The notes under the pieces were generated by a model, which did not search any database, was not told where the DNA came from, and saw only the letters and a list, made by a program, of their open reading frames with translations. Positions 21,719 to 33,013 of a stretch of DNA of 64,000 bases are shown here, one piece after another; within the stretch, counting starts at the first letter, position 1; each line of letters begins with the position of its first letter. Source of the DNA: an uncultured Actinomycetes bacterium (GTDB taxonomy: Bacteria; Actinomycetota; Thermoleophilia; UBA2241); the NCBI GenBank assembly GCA_963755025.1, contig CAVWIH010000014.1:352001-416000 (forward strand), given 5' to 3'. The translations under genes and the position numbers were made by a program.

Positions 21719-22117
21719 TTGTCAGGTGAAGGACCGTTCTGGCGGCGTCACCGCGTGCAGTCGCTGCGCGACCTGCGCGGCGAACTACGCTGGTTCTTCG
21801 AGCAGCAGGCCGTTCCCGCCGCCGTCTCCGAAGACCTCATCCTGGCCGCCCAGGAAGCCTGCAACAACGCGTGCCGCTACGGCGCCGCTGGGGCGGACTG
21901 CGACCTCGTGGTGACCATCGCCGGCGGCGCGGTCACGATCGAGGTCGCCGACAGGGGTCCGGGGTTCGACCTCGAGGCGGTCAAGGCGACCTGGCCCCCT
22001 GCGCTGCTCGACGCCGGCGGCCGCGGCCTCTTTCTCATCGCCGAGCTGACCGACCAGATCGAGGTCGTGCAGCGCCGGCCGGGAACGCTCGTGCGTATCT
22101 TCAAGGCCATTGACTGA
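21719..22117 (+). CDS. RsbW-like anti-sigma factor / HATPase_c protein
   Basis: EACNNACRY, DRGPGF, GGRGLFLI; TTG at 21719 after GGAGGA. Confidence 0.75.
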   Translation: MSGEGPFWRRHRVQSLRDLRGELRWFFEQQAVPAAVSEDLILAAQEACNNACRYGAAGADCDLVVTIAGGAVTIEVADRGPGFDLEAVKATWPPALLDAGGRGLFLIAELTDQIEVVQRRPGTLVRIFKAID

Positions 22118-22144
22118 GCAAAGCGAGCACGCAGACAGAGGGAG

Positions 22145-22356
22145 GTCGGCGCTCAGGCGGGCGCGACTTCGTTGCGGGCTCAGCCGCCGATCGACTTCGT
22201 CGTCGGCGCTCAGGCGGGCGCGACTTCGTGGCGCGCCTGGTACCGAGGATCGACTTCGTCCTCACTCGCTCAGGCGTGCGTGACTTCGTGGCGCGCCTAG
22301 TACCGAGGATCGACTTCGTCGTCACTCGCTCAGGCGTGCGTGACTTCGTCGCGCGC

Positions 22357-22365
<9 letters not shown>
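22145..22365. repeat. About 3.5 copies of a 60-bp tandem repeat with an internal 30-bp GACTTCGT periodicity, overlapping the mreB stop
   Basis: Unit CGCTCAGGCGTGCGTGACTTCGTGGCGCGCCTAGTACCGAGGATCGACTTCGTC(G/C)TCACT; GACTTCGT at 22165, 22193, 22222, 22252, 22282, 22312, 22342. Confidence 0.85.
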
Positions 22366-23403
<1,038 letters not shown>

Positions 23404-23629
23404 GACATGCTCCTTTCGGTCTGGATCGGTGAGTCATGCTACATGGCGGCCCGGGCGCTGCCAAACCCAAAGCAGGTCAATGCCACGGGTTATCGGCCGC
23501 CGAAGGCCGGGCACGTTTTTGCCAAGAACATCTGTCGGCCGACCGCCCCGGCGCCCGCCGGCCCCGGCCGGGCGACAGGCCAGCCATCTTGGGCAACGCC
23601 CCACCAAACCATTGGAACGGAGGCTCGCC

Positions 23630-24484
23630 ATGAGCATGTTCACGACAAAGGACGGCACGCGCATCTACTACAACGACTGGGGCCAGGGACAGCCCATCGT
23701 CTTCAGCCACGGCTGGCCGCTCGACGCCGACGCTTTCGAGGACCAGATGAGCTTTCTCGCTTCGCACGGCTACCGTTGCGTCGCCCCCGACCGCCGCGGC
23801 CACGGCCGCTCCGACCAGCCCTGGAACGGCAACGACATGGACACCTACGCCGACGACCTGGCGGAGCTCGTCGAGCACCTCGACCTGCGCGACGCGATCC
23901 ACGTGGGCCACTCGACCGGCGGCGGTGAGGTCGCCCGCTACATCGGGCGCCACGGCACAGACCGGGTCGTCGAGGGCGGTGCTGATCGGCGCCGTCCCGC
24001 CCCTCATGCTCAAGACGCCGGGCAACCCCGCCGGCTCGCCGATGGAGGTCTTCGACGAGCTCCGCGCCGGCGTCGTCGAGGACCGCTCGCAGTTCTTCAA
24101 GGACCTGAGCCTGCCCTTTTACGGCTACAACCGGCCTGGCGCCAAGGTCTCCGAGGGCGTGCGCGAGAACTTCTGGCTGCAGGGCATGATGGCCGGGTAT
24201 CCGGCCGCCTACGACTGCATCAAGCCCAGTTCTCCGAGACGGACTTCACCGAGGACCTCAAGAAGATCGACGTGCCGACCCTGATCATTCACGGCGACGA
24301 CGACCAGATCGTGCCGATCGGCGCCTCGGCGATGATCTCGTCGAAGATCGTCAAGGACGCCACGCTGAAGGTCTACCCGGGTGCCCCCCACGGCCTGTGC
24401 ACGACCCTCAAACATCAGATCAACGACGATCTGCTGGCGTTCGCCCAGGGTCGCCAGGTGGTGCGCGAAGAGCGGGCCGCGTAA
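23630..24484 (+). CDS. Non-heme chloroperoxidase-like alpha/beta hydrolase; apparent indels near 23970 and 24225
   Basis: [27 protein letters not shown]; the middle segment ([14 protein letters not shown]) is in an alternative frame. Confidence 0.85.
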   Translation: MSMFTTKDGTRIYYNDWGQGQPIVFSHGWPLDADAFEDQMSFLASHGYRCVAPDRRGHGRSDQPWNGNDMDTYADDLAELVEHLDLRDAIHVGHSTGGGEVARYIGRHGTDRVVEGGADRRRPAPHAQDAGQPRRLADGGLRRAPRRRRRGPLAVLQGPEPALLRLQPAWRQGLRGRARELLAAGHDGRVSGRLRLHQAQFSETDFTEDLKKIDVPTLIIHGDDDQIVPIGASAMISSKIVKDATLKVYPGAPHGLCTTLKHQINDDLLAFAQGRQVVREERAA

Positions 24485-24495
24485 GCGCGTCGCGG

Positions 24496-25533
24496 TCAGT
24501 CGATGACCGGCAGCAGCTCGGGTTCGGGCTGCTCGCCGGCCATCATGGCGCCGCGACGGGCGGCCAGCAGCCCGCGCGCCGCGAGCACCGCCAGGGCGAC
24601 GATGATGAGCGCCATGCCGATCCCCTCGAGGAGGGCGGGCGCCTCGCCGAGCTGGATCCACGCCGCGATCACGCCGACCACCGGGATAGCCAGCGTGCCT
24701 ATGCCGGCCGCCCCGGCCGGCAGCGAGTGCAGCGCGTAAGCCCACAGCACCCAGCACACGGCGTTGGAGAGCAGCGCCGAGTACGCCAGCGTCAACACGA
24801 ACGTGCCCGACCACACCGGCCAGCCGCTGTGCGTCAGCAGCGCGGCGGCGATCAGCGGCAGACCGCCCAGCCCCATCTGCCAGGCGGTCAGCGAGATCGC
24901 GTCGACCTGGGTGCGACGCTGCAGCAGCTTGACCACCATCGCGCCGGCCGCCCAGGAGAGCCCCCCGGCGCAGGCCAGAAGACCGCCGAGCGCCCCGCCT
25001 ATGTCCCAGGGCCGCACGACCAGGACGAGACCGGCGAAGGCGAGAGCGACGGCCGGCCACTGCAGGCCGTGCAGGCGTTCGCCCAGGAACAGCCAGGCGA
25101 GCAACAGCAGCCAGAACGGCATGGTGTAGGCGAGCACTGAGACCTTGCCGGCGCCGCCCTCGGTGAGGGCGATGGTGACGAGGCTGGCGAAGAGCGACGT
25201 CTGCAGCAGGGCGATCAGCACGGTCCAGCCGAGCGGCGGCGGGCGCAGCGAGCGGCCGGTGAGGGCGAGCACCACGAACAGGCAGGCGACGCACACCATC
25301 GTGCTGATCGCCACGTAGGTGAACGGCCGGCAGTACTCCAGCGCGATCTTGCTGGCCACCCAGCTGTACCCCCAGATGGGGGCCATCACCACCAGCGCCG
25401 TCACGCCCAGGTTCCGACCCGGCGACGGGCCGCGGCTGCGCCCGGCCGCCTCCGTTAGGGGGCTGCTGTCCGCTGTCGATGGCGCCGCGTCGCTCACACA
25501 GACCATGCTAGCTGCCGCGCTGGGGTTCGGCAT
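24496..25533 (-). CDS. EamA/DMT family transporter (start uncertain)
   Basis: IWGYSW, YTMPFW, FLGERL; two EamA repeats. Confidence 0.8.
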   Translation of the reverse strand: MPNPSAAASMVCVSDAAPSTADSSPLTEAAGRSRGPSPGRNLGVTALVVMAPIWGYSWVASKIALEYCRPFTYVAISTMVCVACLFVVLALTGRSLRPPPLGWTVLIALLQTSLFASLVTIALTEGGAGKVSVLAYTMPFWLLLLAWLFLGERLHGLQWPAVALAFAGLVLVVRPWDIGGALGGLLACAGGLSWAAGAMVVKLLQRRTQVDAISLTAWQMGLGGLPLIAAALLTHSGWPVWSGTFVLTLAYSALLSNAVCWVLWAYALHSLPAGAAGIGTLAIPVVGVIAAWIQLGEAPALLEGIGMALIIVALAVLAARGLLAARRGAMMAGEQPEPELLPVID

Positions 25534-25566
25534 CCCGGGCGGCTCCGCGGGTATGCTCGCGGTGCG

Positions 25567-26214
25567 ATGATCGAAGGCGGCCGCTCATACGACGGCGTGA
25601 TCCGCGAGGCGCGCCTTGCCGAAGGGCTGACGTTCGCCTGGATGGTGGTCGAGCTGGTCGTGGCGCTTTGGGCCGGGATCGCGGCGCGGTCCGTCGCCCT
25701 GACGACGTTCGGGGTCGACAGCGGCATCGAGCTGTTCACGGCGGCGGTCGTGCTGCGCCAGCTCCTGCTCCACACAGACAGGGCGACCGACGAGGAGCTC
25801 GACCGCCGCGAGCGCCAGGCCTCGCGACTCGTCGGCGTGGGCCTCTACGGGCTCATCGCCTACATCGTCGCCTCGTCGGCTTGGGCCCTGCTCAGCGGCG
25901 ACCACGCGGAGGCGTCGCCGGCCGGCATCGCGCTGGCGGTCGCGGCGCTGATCGTCATGCCCCTGCTGTGGCGCTGGCGGCGCGGCCTTGCCGAGCGCCT
26001 GGACAGCCCCGCGCTGCGCGGCGACGCGGCCTGCTCGGTGGTCTGCATCTTCATGTCGGCCGTCCTGCTCGTCGGCCTGCTGGCGAACCGCTTTCTGGGC
26101 TGGTGGTGGGCCGACCCGCTGGCCGGCCTGGCGATGATCTGGTGGATCCGCGGCGAAGCCCGCGAAGCGCTCGAGGCGGCGAGCACCGGCCGGCGTGACG
26201 ACTGCGACGACTAG
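25567..26214 (+). CDS. Cation-efflux-like membrane protein
   Basis: SVALTTFGVDSGIE, SPALRGDA, WWWADP. Confidence 0.75.
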   Translation: MIEGGRSYDGVIREARLAEGLTFAWMVVELVVALWAGIAARSVALTTFGVDSGIELFTAAVVLRQLLLHTDRATDEELDRRERQASRLVGVGLYGLIAYIVASSAWALLSGDHAEASPAGIALAVAALIVMPLLWRWRRGLAERLDSPALRGDAACSVVCIFMSAVLLVGLLANRFLGWWWADPLAGLAMIWWIRGEAREALEAASTGRRDDCDD

Positions 26215-26398
26215 GTTGCGGCCGCCGCGCCCGGCCGGGCGGCCGCGTTGCCGGGTAACGGCCACGGCGCTCTCGCCCGCTCGTCGCGGGAAGACACCCT
26301 GTGTGAGTGCGGAGCCGCGCGACGGTCCTGCCGGATGGCCGCCGGCTCCCGTAACGTCGTTCGTTCGATCTGGGGCGCACGAATCAAGGAGGCACGTC

Positions 26399-26701
26399 AT
26401 GGCGATCGTCGCGGTGTTCGACTTTTCCAACGAGCCGATCGAGAAGTACGAGAAGGTCATGGAGCTTGGGGGTGCGGCGGTACGCGACCAGCCGGCACGC
26501 CTCTCGCACGTCTGTTACCGCACCGACACAGGCTTTGCCGTCGTCGACGTATGGACCGACGAACAGTCCTTCGCGGCCTTCGGCGCCACGCTCATGGACT
26601 ACACGCGCAAGGCCGGCCTCGAGGCCCGACCCGCCATCTACCAGCTGGAGAACATCGTCTACCAGGATGGCACGAACCTGTACGACCGCAAGGCGGCCTG
26701 A
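26399..26701 (+). CDS. Small hypothetical protein (dimeric alpha-beta barrel-like)
   Basis: AAGGAGG RBS; MAIVAVFDF...GFAVVDVWTDEQSFAAF. Confidence 0.7.
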   Translation: MAIVAVFDFSNEPIEKYEKVMELGGAAVRDQPARLSHVCYRTDTGFAVVDVWTDEQSFAAFGATLMDYTRKAGLEARPAIYQLENIVYQDGTNLYDRKAA

Positions 26702-26736
26702 GGCCGACGGCGGCGCCGACCACCCCAGACGTGCGT

Positions 26737-26776
26737 CGGGGCGGAGCGAAGGCCTGCCGGCCTTCGCTCCGCCCCG
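26737..26776. terminator. 18-bp hairpin between convergent genes
   Basis: CGGGGCGGAGCGAAGGCC-TGCC-GGCCTTCGCTCCGCCCCG. Confidence 0.7.
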
Positions 26777-26800
26777 CAAGAGGCTTCTGAGACCTGACTC

Positions 26801-28031
26801 CTAAATCAGGTCGTAGGCGGCCTCGCCGAACTCCGAGTCGTCGAGACCCTTGAGCTGTACCGAGTCGGGCACGCGGATCGGGTCGAAGACGTTGATCAGC
26901 TTGAGGATGAGGTACGTCGCCACGAAGGCATACGCAGCCAGCGCGACGGCGGCGAAGACCTGCCAGGCGAAGAAGTGCCAGTGGCCGGTGATCAGGCCCT
27001 GGCCGCCGGTCGGGTTGATCGCGTAGGTGGCAAAGACGCCGAGCAGGATGATGCCCAGCGTGCCGCCGACGCCGTGGCAGGCCCAGACGTCGAGTGCGTC
27101 GTCCCACTGCATCTTGCTCTTGAAGATGCAGGCGAAGTAGCAGATCGAACCGGCGCCGAAGCCGATGATGAACGCCGCCCAGGTGGGCACGTAGCCGGCG
27201 CAGGGAGTGACCGTGGCAAGGCCGGCCACGGCGCCGGTGAGCGCGCCGACCAGGCTGGGCTTGCCGTCGTGCCACCAGGTCAGGGCGAGCCAGGTGCACA
27301 TGGCGATCGAGCCGGCGATGTCGGTGTTGACGAAGGCCTGGGCGGCAAAGCCGTTGGCGGCGTATCCGTCGCCGCTGTTGAAGCCGAACCAGCCGAACCA
27401 CAGCAGGCCGGTGCCCAGCGCGACGAAGGCCACGTTGTGCGCCAGGCTGCGCTCGCCGGGGGCGAACTTGCGCTTGCCCACCACGAACACCGAGGCCAGA
27501 GCGGCATACCCGGCGCTCACGTGGACGACCGCGCCGCCGGCCCAGTCACGCACGCCGTGCTGGGCAAACCAGCCGCCGCCCCAGATCAGATGGACGAACG
27601 GGATGTAGACGATGATGCTCCACAGCACGAGGAACCAGAGGTAGCTCTTGAACTTGACGCGGTCGGCGAAGGCGCCGGTGATCAGCGCCGGGGTGATGAT
27701 GGCGAACATCTCCTGGTAGACGAAGTGCGCCTGCGCCGGGATGGTCGGCGCCCACGGTCCGGGCAGTCTGACCGACGTGGTTGAGCATGGCCCAGTGAAA
27801 GTTGCCGATGATGCCGCCGGCGCCGCCCGAGAAGGCCAGCGAGTACCCGAACAGCACCCAGATCGTGGTCACGATGCCCATCGAGATGAACGACTGCATC
27901 ATGATCGCCAGGAAGTTCTTGCGGCGCACAAGGCCGCCGTAGAAGAACGCGAGAGCCGGCGTCATGAGCGCGACCAGTGCCGCGCAGATCAAGACGAACG
28001 CCGTATCTCCTGTGTTGATCTGCCCCACCAT
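26801..28031 (-). CDS. amtB: Ammonium transporter; apparent frameshift near 27750
   Basis: NTGDTAFVL...LMTPALAFFYGG, then MFAIITPALITGA, DWAGGAVVH, LWFGWFGFN, DDALDVWACHG. Confidence 0.9.
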
Positions 28032-28408
28032 CCGCTCCTCCTTGGATCCGCTCAGGCGCCAAGGAGGGACCCCCCTCTGCCGCGTGAGCGTCGTTGCGGG
28101 CACGCGGGGGATCTGACCTCGACCCCGCATCACCCCGTGGAGCGCTAGTTTGAGCCTTTCCGGGCGGACCCGCAAACCGAACTTTGCCAACGGCGTCGGG
28201 CCACGCATGAGAGAGCGTGCTCGCCGACCACGGCGCCGCCCTCACACCGCGAGGATACTGAACAAGAGACGACTCGCTTTGCGAGTCGAAAGCCGACGCC
28301 GCAGGCAGAAGGAGAGAGGGCTCGTCCGGCCAGATCCTGCTCGCCGTGGACGGCTCGGTGCAGGCAAAGGAGGCGGGCGGGCCGCTTGGCCGACAGCGGC
28401 CCGCGGAC

Positions 28409-28570
28409 CTAGGAGACCAGGTAGCCGCCGGTCTCGTGGACTTCGGGGCGGATCTCCAGGGCGGCGAGCAGGCGGCTGAGGATCTCGTCGTCGCCGACGA
28501 GCAGCGCGCCCAGGTAGTCGCAGCAGTCCAGCGCGCGCTCGACGGTATCGGCGCTCTCCTCGTGGGTCAT
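28409..28570 (-). CDS. Small hypothetical protein (53 aa)
   Basis: ATG with GGAGG RBS; MTHEESADTVERALDCCDYLGALL... Confidence 0.45.
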   Translation of the reverse strand: MTHEESADTVERALDCCDYLGALLVGDDEILSRLLAALEIRPEVHETGGYLVS

Positions 28571-28883
28571 CCGCGTCCCTCCCGCCGGCCCCGCGTGCCG
28601 GCCCTCCGACCTTTCAAGGGTGATATCGGCAGCCGGCCCCGCAGGGAGATAGACGACTGTGCGGGCTCCTGGGGACGCGACCTTCGCCCGGCAGCCCTCG
28701 ACGCGGTAAGTGCAGGCTGAACTCAGGCCTCCCGCAAGGTCTCGGGGCGAGCACGAATCCGTCGTCATGCAAGGCGACGCCAGGCCCGGCGTCAGTCTCC
28801 GGGGCGAAGCGCCGCCGGTGCGGCGCCGGCCCGGGGCGAAACGACGCGCAGCCGCACGACGGGGCGACGGTCCAGGGAGCATC

Positions 28884-28995
28884 TTGACAGACTAATCGTG
28901 ACCTCATATACACGTTGAATACACACGACGTGTATCAAGACGAATGAGACCACCCGGAATGTCCGGTCCGACTTGACGAACGACTAGTCGGTTCA
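28884..28995 (+). promoter_or_regulatory. Candidate promoter and operators for the APC-hydrolase-mttB1 operon
   Basis: TTGACA (28884), 17 nt, TATACA; inverted repeat ATACAC-N5-GTGTAT; palindrome CGACTAGTCG at 28981-28990. Confidence 0.45.
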
Positions 28996-29029
28996 CGGTC
29001 AGGCCCTGCGCGCTATCGAGGGGGACTCA

Positions 29030-30541
29030 ATGGCAACAGACCCAGTCACTCAGACGAGCGACGAACAGATCCTGCAGACGTTCGGATACCGGCAGCAGCT
29101 CAGGCGCTCGCTCAAGCCCCTGGCCGTCCTGGGCATCTCGTTCTCGTTCATGTCGATCACCACCAGCGTCTACGTGAACTTCGGGTTCGGCCTCGGCAAG
29201 TTCGGCACCGCCAGCATCTGGTTCTGGCCGCTCGTGCTCCTTGGCCAGTTGTTCGTCGCCTTCGTGATCGCCGAACTGGGCTCGCGCATACCCTTGGCCG
29301 GCTACTCCTACCAATGGGGGTCGCGCCTGGTGAACGCGGGCTACGGCTGGTTCATCGGCATCTTCGTCTTCGTCTACCTGCTGACGTGCGTGGCGACGAT
29401 CAGCTACGTGCTCGTCGCCCCCTTCATCGGCGTCATCTTCGGCTGGTCGCTCAGCAACCTCGACCTGCTGCTGATCGCGATCGCCACCGTCGTCGTGCTC
29501 ACCCTCGTGAACCTCGTGGGCGTCAGGCTCTTCGCCCGGGTCAACAATGTGGCGGTCTTCTGCGAGATCGTCTCGACGCTGGTGATTGCCCTCATCGTGG
29601 CCATCGCCGCCCTCGCCAAGCCGGCCAGCCACACTGTCTCGCTGTTCAACACCAACGGCGTGCACGGCTCTGCCATCTGGGGCGCCGTCGTGGGCGCGAT
29701 GGTCATGGGCTTCTTCGCCCTCACCGGCTTCGAGGCGGCCGCCGACATGTCCGAGGAGAGCGTCGGCGCCCGCCGCGCCATTCCCCGCGCCGTCATCTGG
29801 TCACTGGTGGGCACCGGCCTGTTCGGCATGATCGCCCTCATCTGCTTCGCCTCCGCCGTACCCACCGGCCACATGGCCGCCGTCGCCGGCTCATACACGC
29901 CCGTCTACGACGTGGTCTCCTACTGGCTGGGCAGCACCGGAGCGCGCGTGGCCCTTGCGTTCCCGCTGGTGGCGGTGCTCGGCACCTGCCTGTCGGTGGT
30001 CGCCGTGATGGGCCGGCTGATCTTCGCCCTCTCGCGCGACAACGTCGTGCCGTTCTCAAAGCAGCTGCGCGGCGTCAACGGCAGGTCGCAGGTACCGACG
30101 GTCGCGCTCGTGGTCGGCTCACTGCTCGCCATCGCGATGCTCGTCTACGCCTACTACCAGGTCAGCACCTTCGACGTGCTGGTCGGCGCCACCTCGATCC
30201 TGCCGTTCGTCTACTACCTGCTGATCGTGGTCGCCTATGCATTCAAGCGTCGCGAGCTCGAGGCGTTCCACGTGCCCGGCATGTTCACCCTCGGCAAGTG
30301 GTCCAAGGTGGTCTTCGGCATCGCTTTCGTCTGGCTCATAGCGGCGCTGCTCATGCTCACGCTGCAGCCCATGTTCCACCAGGCCGACATCGCCGTGCTC
30401 GGCACGCTGGGCGTGGGGGTCGTGTGGTACGTAGCGGCGCTGCACTGGCGCATCAAGGCCGGCAAGGCCGGCGCGCCCGCGGGCAGCTCAGACGGCGCCG
30501 AAGAGCTCCCGGCGCCTGAGCCGACCGGGGTGGGCGTCTGA
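29030..30541 (+). CDS. APC-family amino acid/amine permease
   Basis: About 12 TM; FGYRQQLRRSL, AELGSRIPLAGYSYQW, GFEAAADMSEES, FALSRD. Confidence 0.9.
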   Translation: MATDPVTQTSDEQILQTFGYRQQLRRSLKPLAVLGISFSFMSITTSVYVNFGFGLGKFGTASIWFWPLVLLGQLFVAFVIAELGSRIPLAGYSYQWGSRLVNAGYGWFIGIFVFVYLLTCVATISYVLVAPFIGVIFGWSLSNLDLLLIAIATVVVLTLVNLVGVRLFARVNNVAVFCEIVSTLVIALIVAIAALAKPASHTVSLFNTNGVHGSAIWGAVVGAMVMGFFALTGFEAAADMSEESVGARRAIPRAVIWSLVGTGLFGMIALICFASAVPTGHMAAVAGSYTPVYDVVSYWLGSTGARVALAFPLVAVLGTCLSVVAVMGRLIFALSRDNVVPFSKQLRGVNGRSQVPTVALVVGSLLAIAMLVYAYYQVSTFDVLVGATSILPFVYYLLIVVAYAFKRRELEAFHVPGMFTLGKWSKVVFGIAFVWLIAALLMLTLQPMFHQADIAVLGTLGVGVVWYVAALHWRIKAGKAGAPAGSSDGAEELPAPEPTGVGV

Positions 30542-30629
30542 AACGGGGCGGGCGTCTGAAACGCGGTGCCCGTCTGAGGGGCGCCGCGTTCGTCGCCCTG
30601 GCCGTCGCGAACCACCTGCCGAAGATCGG

Positions 30630-31480
30630 ATGCATCACGTGACCTGGACCGTCGACATCATCGAGGTCGGCACGCTGCCCGACACGGCGCTGAGCGCCTA
30701 CGTGTACGGGGCGCTCGACGAGGTGCTCCTCGACGTACCCTGCTTCTGCTGGCTGCTGCGCGACGGGCAGCGGTCGTTGCTGGTCGACACGGGTCCTGAC
30801 CTCGAACAGTCCGTCGACGTCGGCTACGAGGTCGGGGGCGACCCGCGCGCGAGCCTGCTCGCCGCCCTCGAGCGCTGCGGAGTGTCCCCGGCCGGCATCG
30901 ACCAGATCGTCCACACGCACCTCCACCAGGACCACGTGCAGAACGACGCGCTCTTTCCGAACGCGCGGGTGCTCGTACAACGCGAGGAGCTGCGGTCGGC
31001 GCTCGCCACGGAAGCGTCCTGCGAGCTGCTGTCCGCCGCCGCCCGCGAGGCGCTCGCGGCGGGGCCCTACGCCGAGTCGCAGGCGGCCGGCGTGCTGGTA
31101 CCGGGGGATCGCGAGCTTCTGCGAGGCCCTCGGCGAGCGCCTGTGCCCGGTGGACGGCCGTCACGAGGTCGCTGCCCGGGATCACGCTGCTGCCGAACGG
31201 CGGCCACACGACCGGCCACCAGAGCGTCCTCGTCGACACCGACGAGGGCGCCGCCTGCCTGTGCGGCGACATCGTCTCGCTGTCGATCAACCGCGACGTC
31301 GTCGGCCCCATGACTCCCGACGACGACGCGACCCGCACCTTCCTGCGCCGGCTTCGCTCGGAGCGCTGGGAACCGATCCCCGCTCACGAACCGGCCATGC
31401 GCGGCCACCGCTGGTTCGTCGAGGGTGGCCGGTCCGCCGAGACCCGCTCCCGGGAGCGCGACACCGCTCACTCACGATAG
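30630..31480 (+). CDS. Metallo-beta-lactamase-fold hydrolase (AHL-lactonase-like); apparent frameshifts near 31100-31170
   Basis: LVDTG, HTHLHQDH; C-terminal frame GGHTTGHQS...CGD...PAHE ends at TAG 31478-31480. Confidence 0.75.
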
Positions 31481-31534
31481 AGTGGACCAACGCACAGTGT
31501 CGGGTCAGGAGCGACCGAGAATGGAGCTGAGCCT

Positions 31535-33001
31535 ATGAAGCGCAATCTGCAGGCGGGGGCGCGACGCAGCGCCTTGCGCCTTGAGGTCTTCACCGAAGCG
31601 GACCTCGACGACATCCACCGCGGGACACTCGAGATCCTCGAGCGCACCGGCGTGTTCGTCGAAAGCGACGAGGCCCTCGACGTGATGGCCGACGGCGGCT
31701 GCCGGGTCGATCGCGAGACCAAGATCGTCAAGATCCCGCCGTACATCGTCGAAGACGCCATCCGCTGGTCGCCGAGCACGGTGACGCTCTGCGGGCGCGT
31801 GCCCGAGAACGACGTGGTGCTCGAAGGCGGCCGCGTCGGCTTCACCAACTTCAGCGCCGGCATCATGGTCATCGACCCGCGCACCGACGAGTACCGCAAG
31901 TCGACCACGCAAGACGTCGCCGACCTCGCGCTCATCACCGACTACCTGAGCGAGATCGACACCTACGAGCACTCCGTCGAGGGCCGCGACGCGCCCGAAG
32001 AGACGCTGGCCGTGCGCGACACGGCGCTCGCCTTGAAGAACACGACCAAGTGCGTCGGCACCGGCGCGCTCTCCACCTACGACGTCGACGCCATCGTGGC
32101 CATGGGCGCCGCGGTGGCCGGCGGCGAAGACAAGCTGCGCGAACGGCCGCTCGTCTACTTCTGCGAGTGCCCGGTCAGCCCGCTCAAGATCACCCGCGAC
32201 GCCGCCGAGGTCATCATGGGCGCCGCCCGCCACGGCTTGCCCAACAACGTGATCTCCATGGCCATGGCCGGCGCGTCGTCGCCGGTCACCCTGGCCGGCA
32301 CGCTGGTCACCCACAACTGCGAGGTGCTCGCCAGCCTCACGCTGGCGCAGCTCACCGAGCGCGGCGCGCCGACCATCTACGGCTCGTCGACCACCGCCAT
32401 CGACCTGCGGCTCGCCGCGGCGTCGGTCGGCTCTCCCGAGCTCGGCCTGCTCAGCGCCAGCGTGGCGCAGCTCGCGCAACGTTACATGCTGCCCAGCTTC
32501 GTAGCCGGGTTATAGGCAGACTCCAAGCTCAGTGACATCCAGGCCGGTCACGAGAAGACCCTGACCGCCCTCATGGCAGCGTTGGCAGGCGCCAACCTGA
32601 TCTACGGGGCGGGGATGACCGAGTCGGGTGTCACCTTCGATTACGCGCAGTACGTGCTCGACAACGACATGGCGAGAATGATCAAGAAGACGGTGGCGGG
32701 CATCTCCGTCACCGACGAGAACCTCGACCTTGCCGACATCCACGCCGTGGGCTCGTTCGGCGACTACCTGTCGCTCGACTCCACGCTCAAGCACATGCGC
32801 GAGCTCAGTCAGCCGCGGTTCATGGACCGTCGCGTCCGCGAGGACTGGCAGGCCATGGGCGCCAAGGACGCCTACTCCGCCGCCAAGGAGGCGGCGAAGC
32901 AGATCCTTGACGAGCACAAGCCGCTGGCCCTGCCGGGCGAGGTGGCCGACAAGCTCGACGCCATCCTGCACGACGCCGAAGTCCACGGCGGGGTGGTCTG
33001 A
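31535..33001 (+). CDS. mttB: Trimethylamine:corrinoid methyltransferase, pyrrolysine-containing (mttB1; 488 aa, Pyl327)
   Basis: ORFs 31535-32515 and 32573-33001 are in the same frame, joined across TAG 32513-32515: [45 protein letters not shown], the canonical MttB Pyl context. Confidence 0.92.
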
Positions 33002-33013
33002 GGCCCAGCGTCT

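Noticed and set aside
23440-23525. c-di-GMP-I riboswitch or sigma54 promoter upstream of mreB or the hydrolase
   Set aside because: Only partial resemblance: the GACGCAAAG core is absent and the -24/-12 match is poor.
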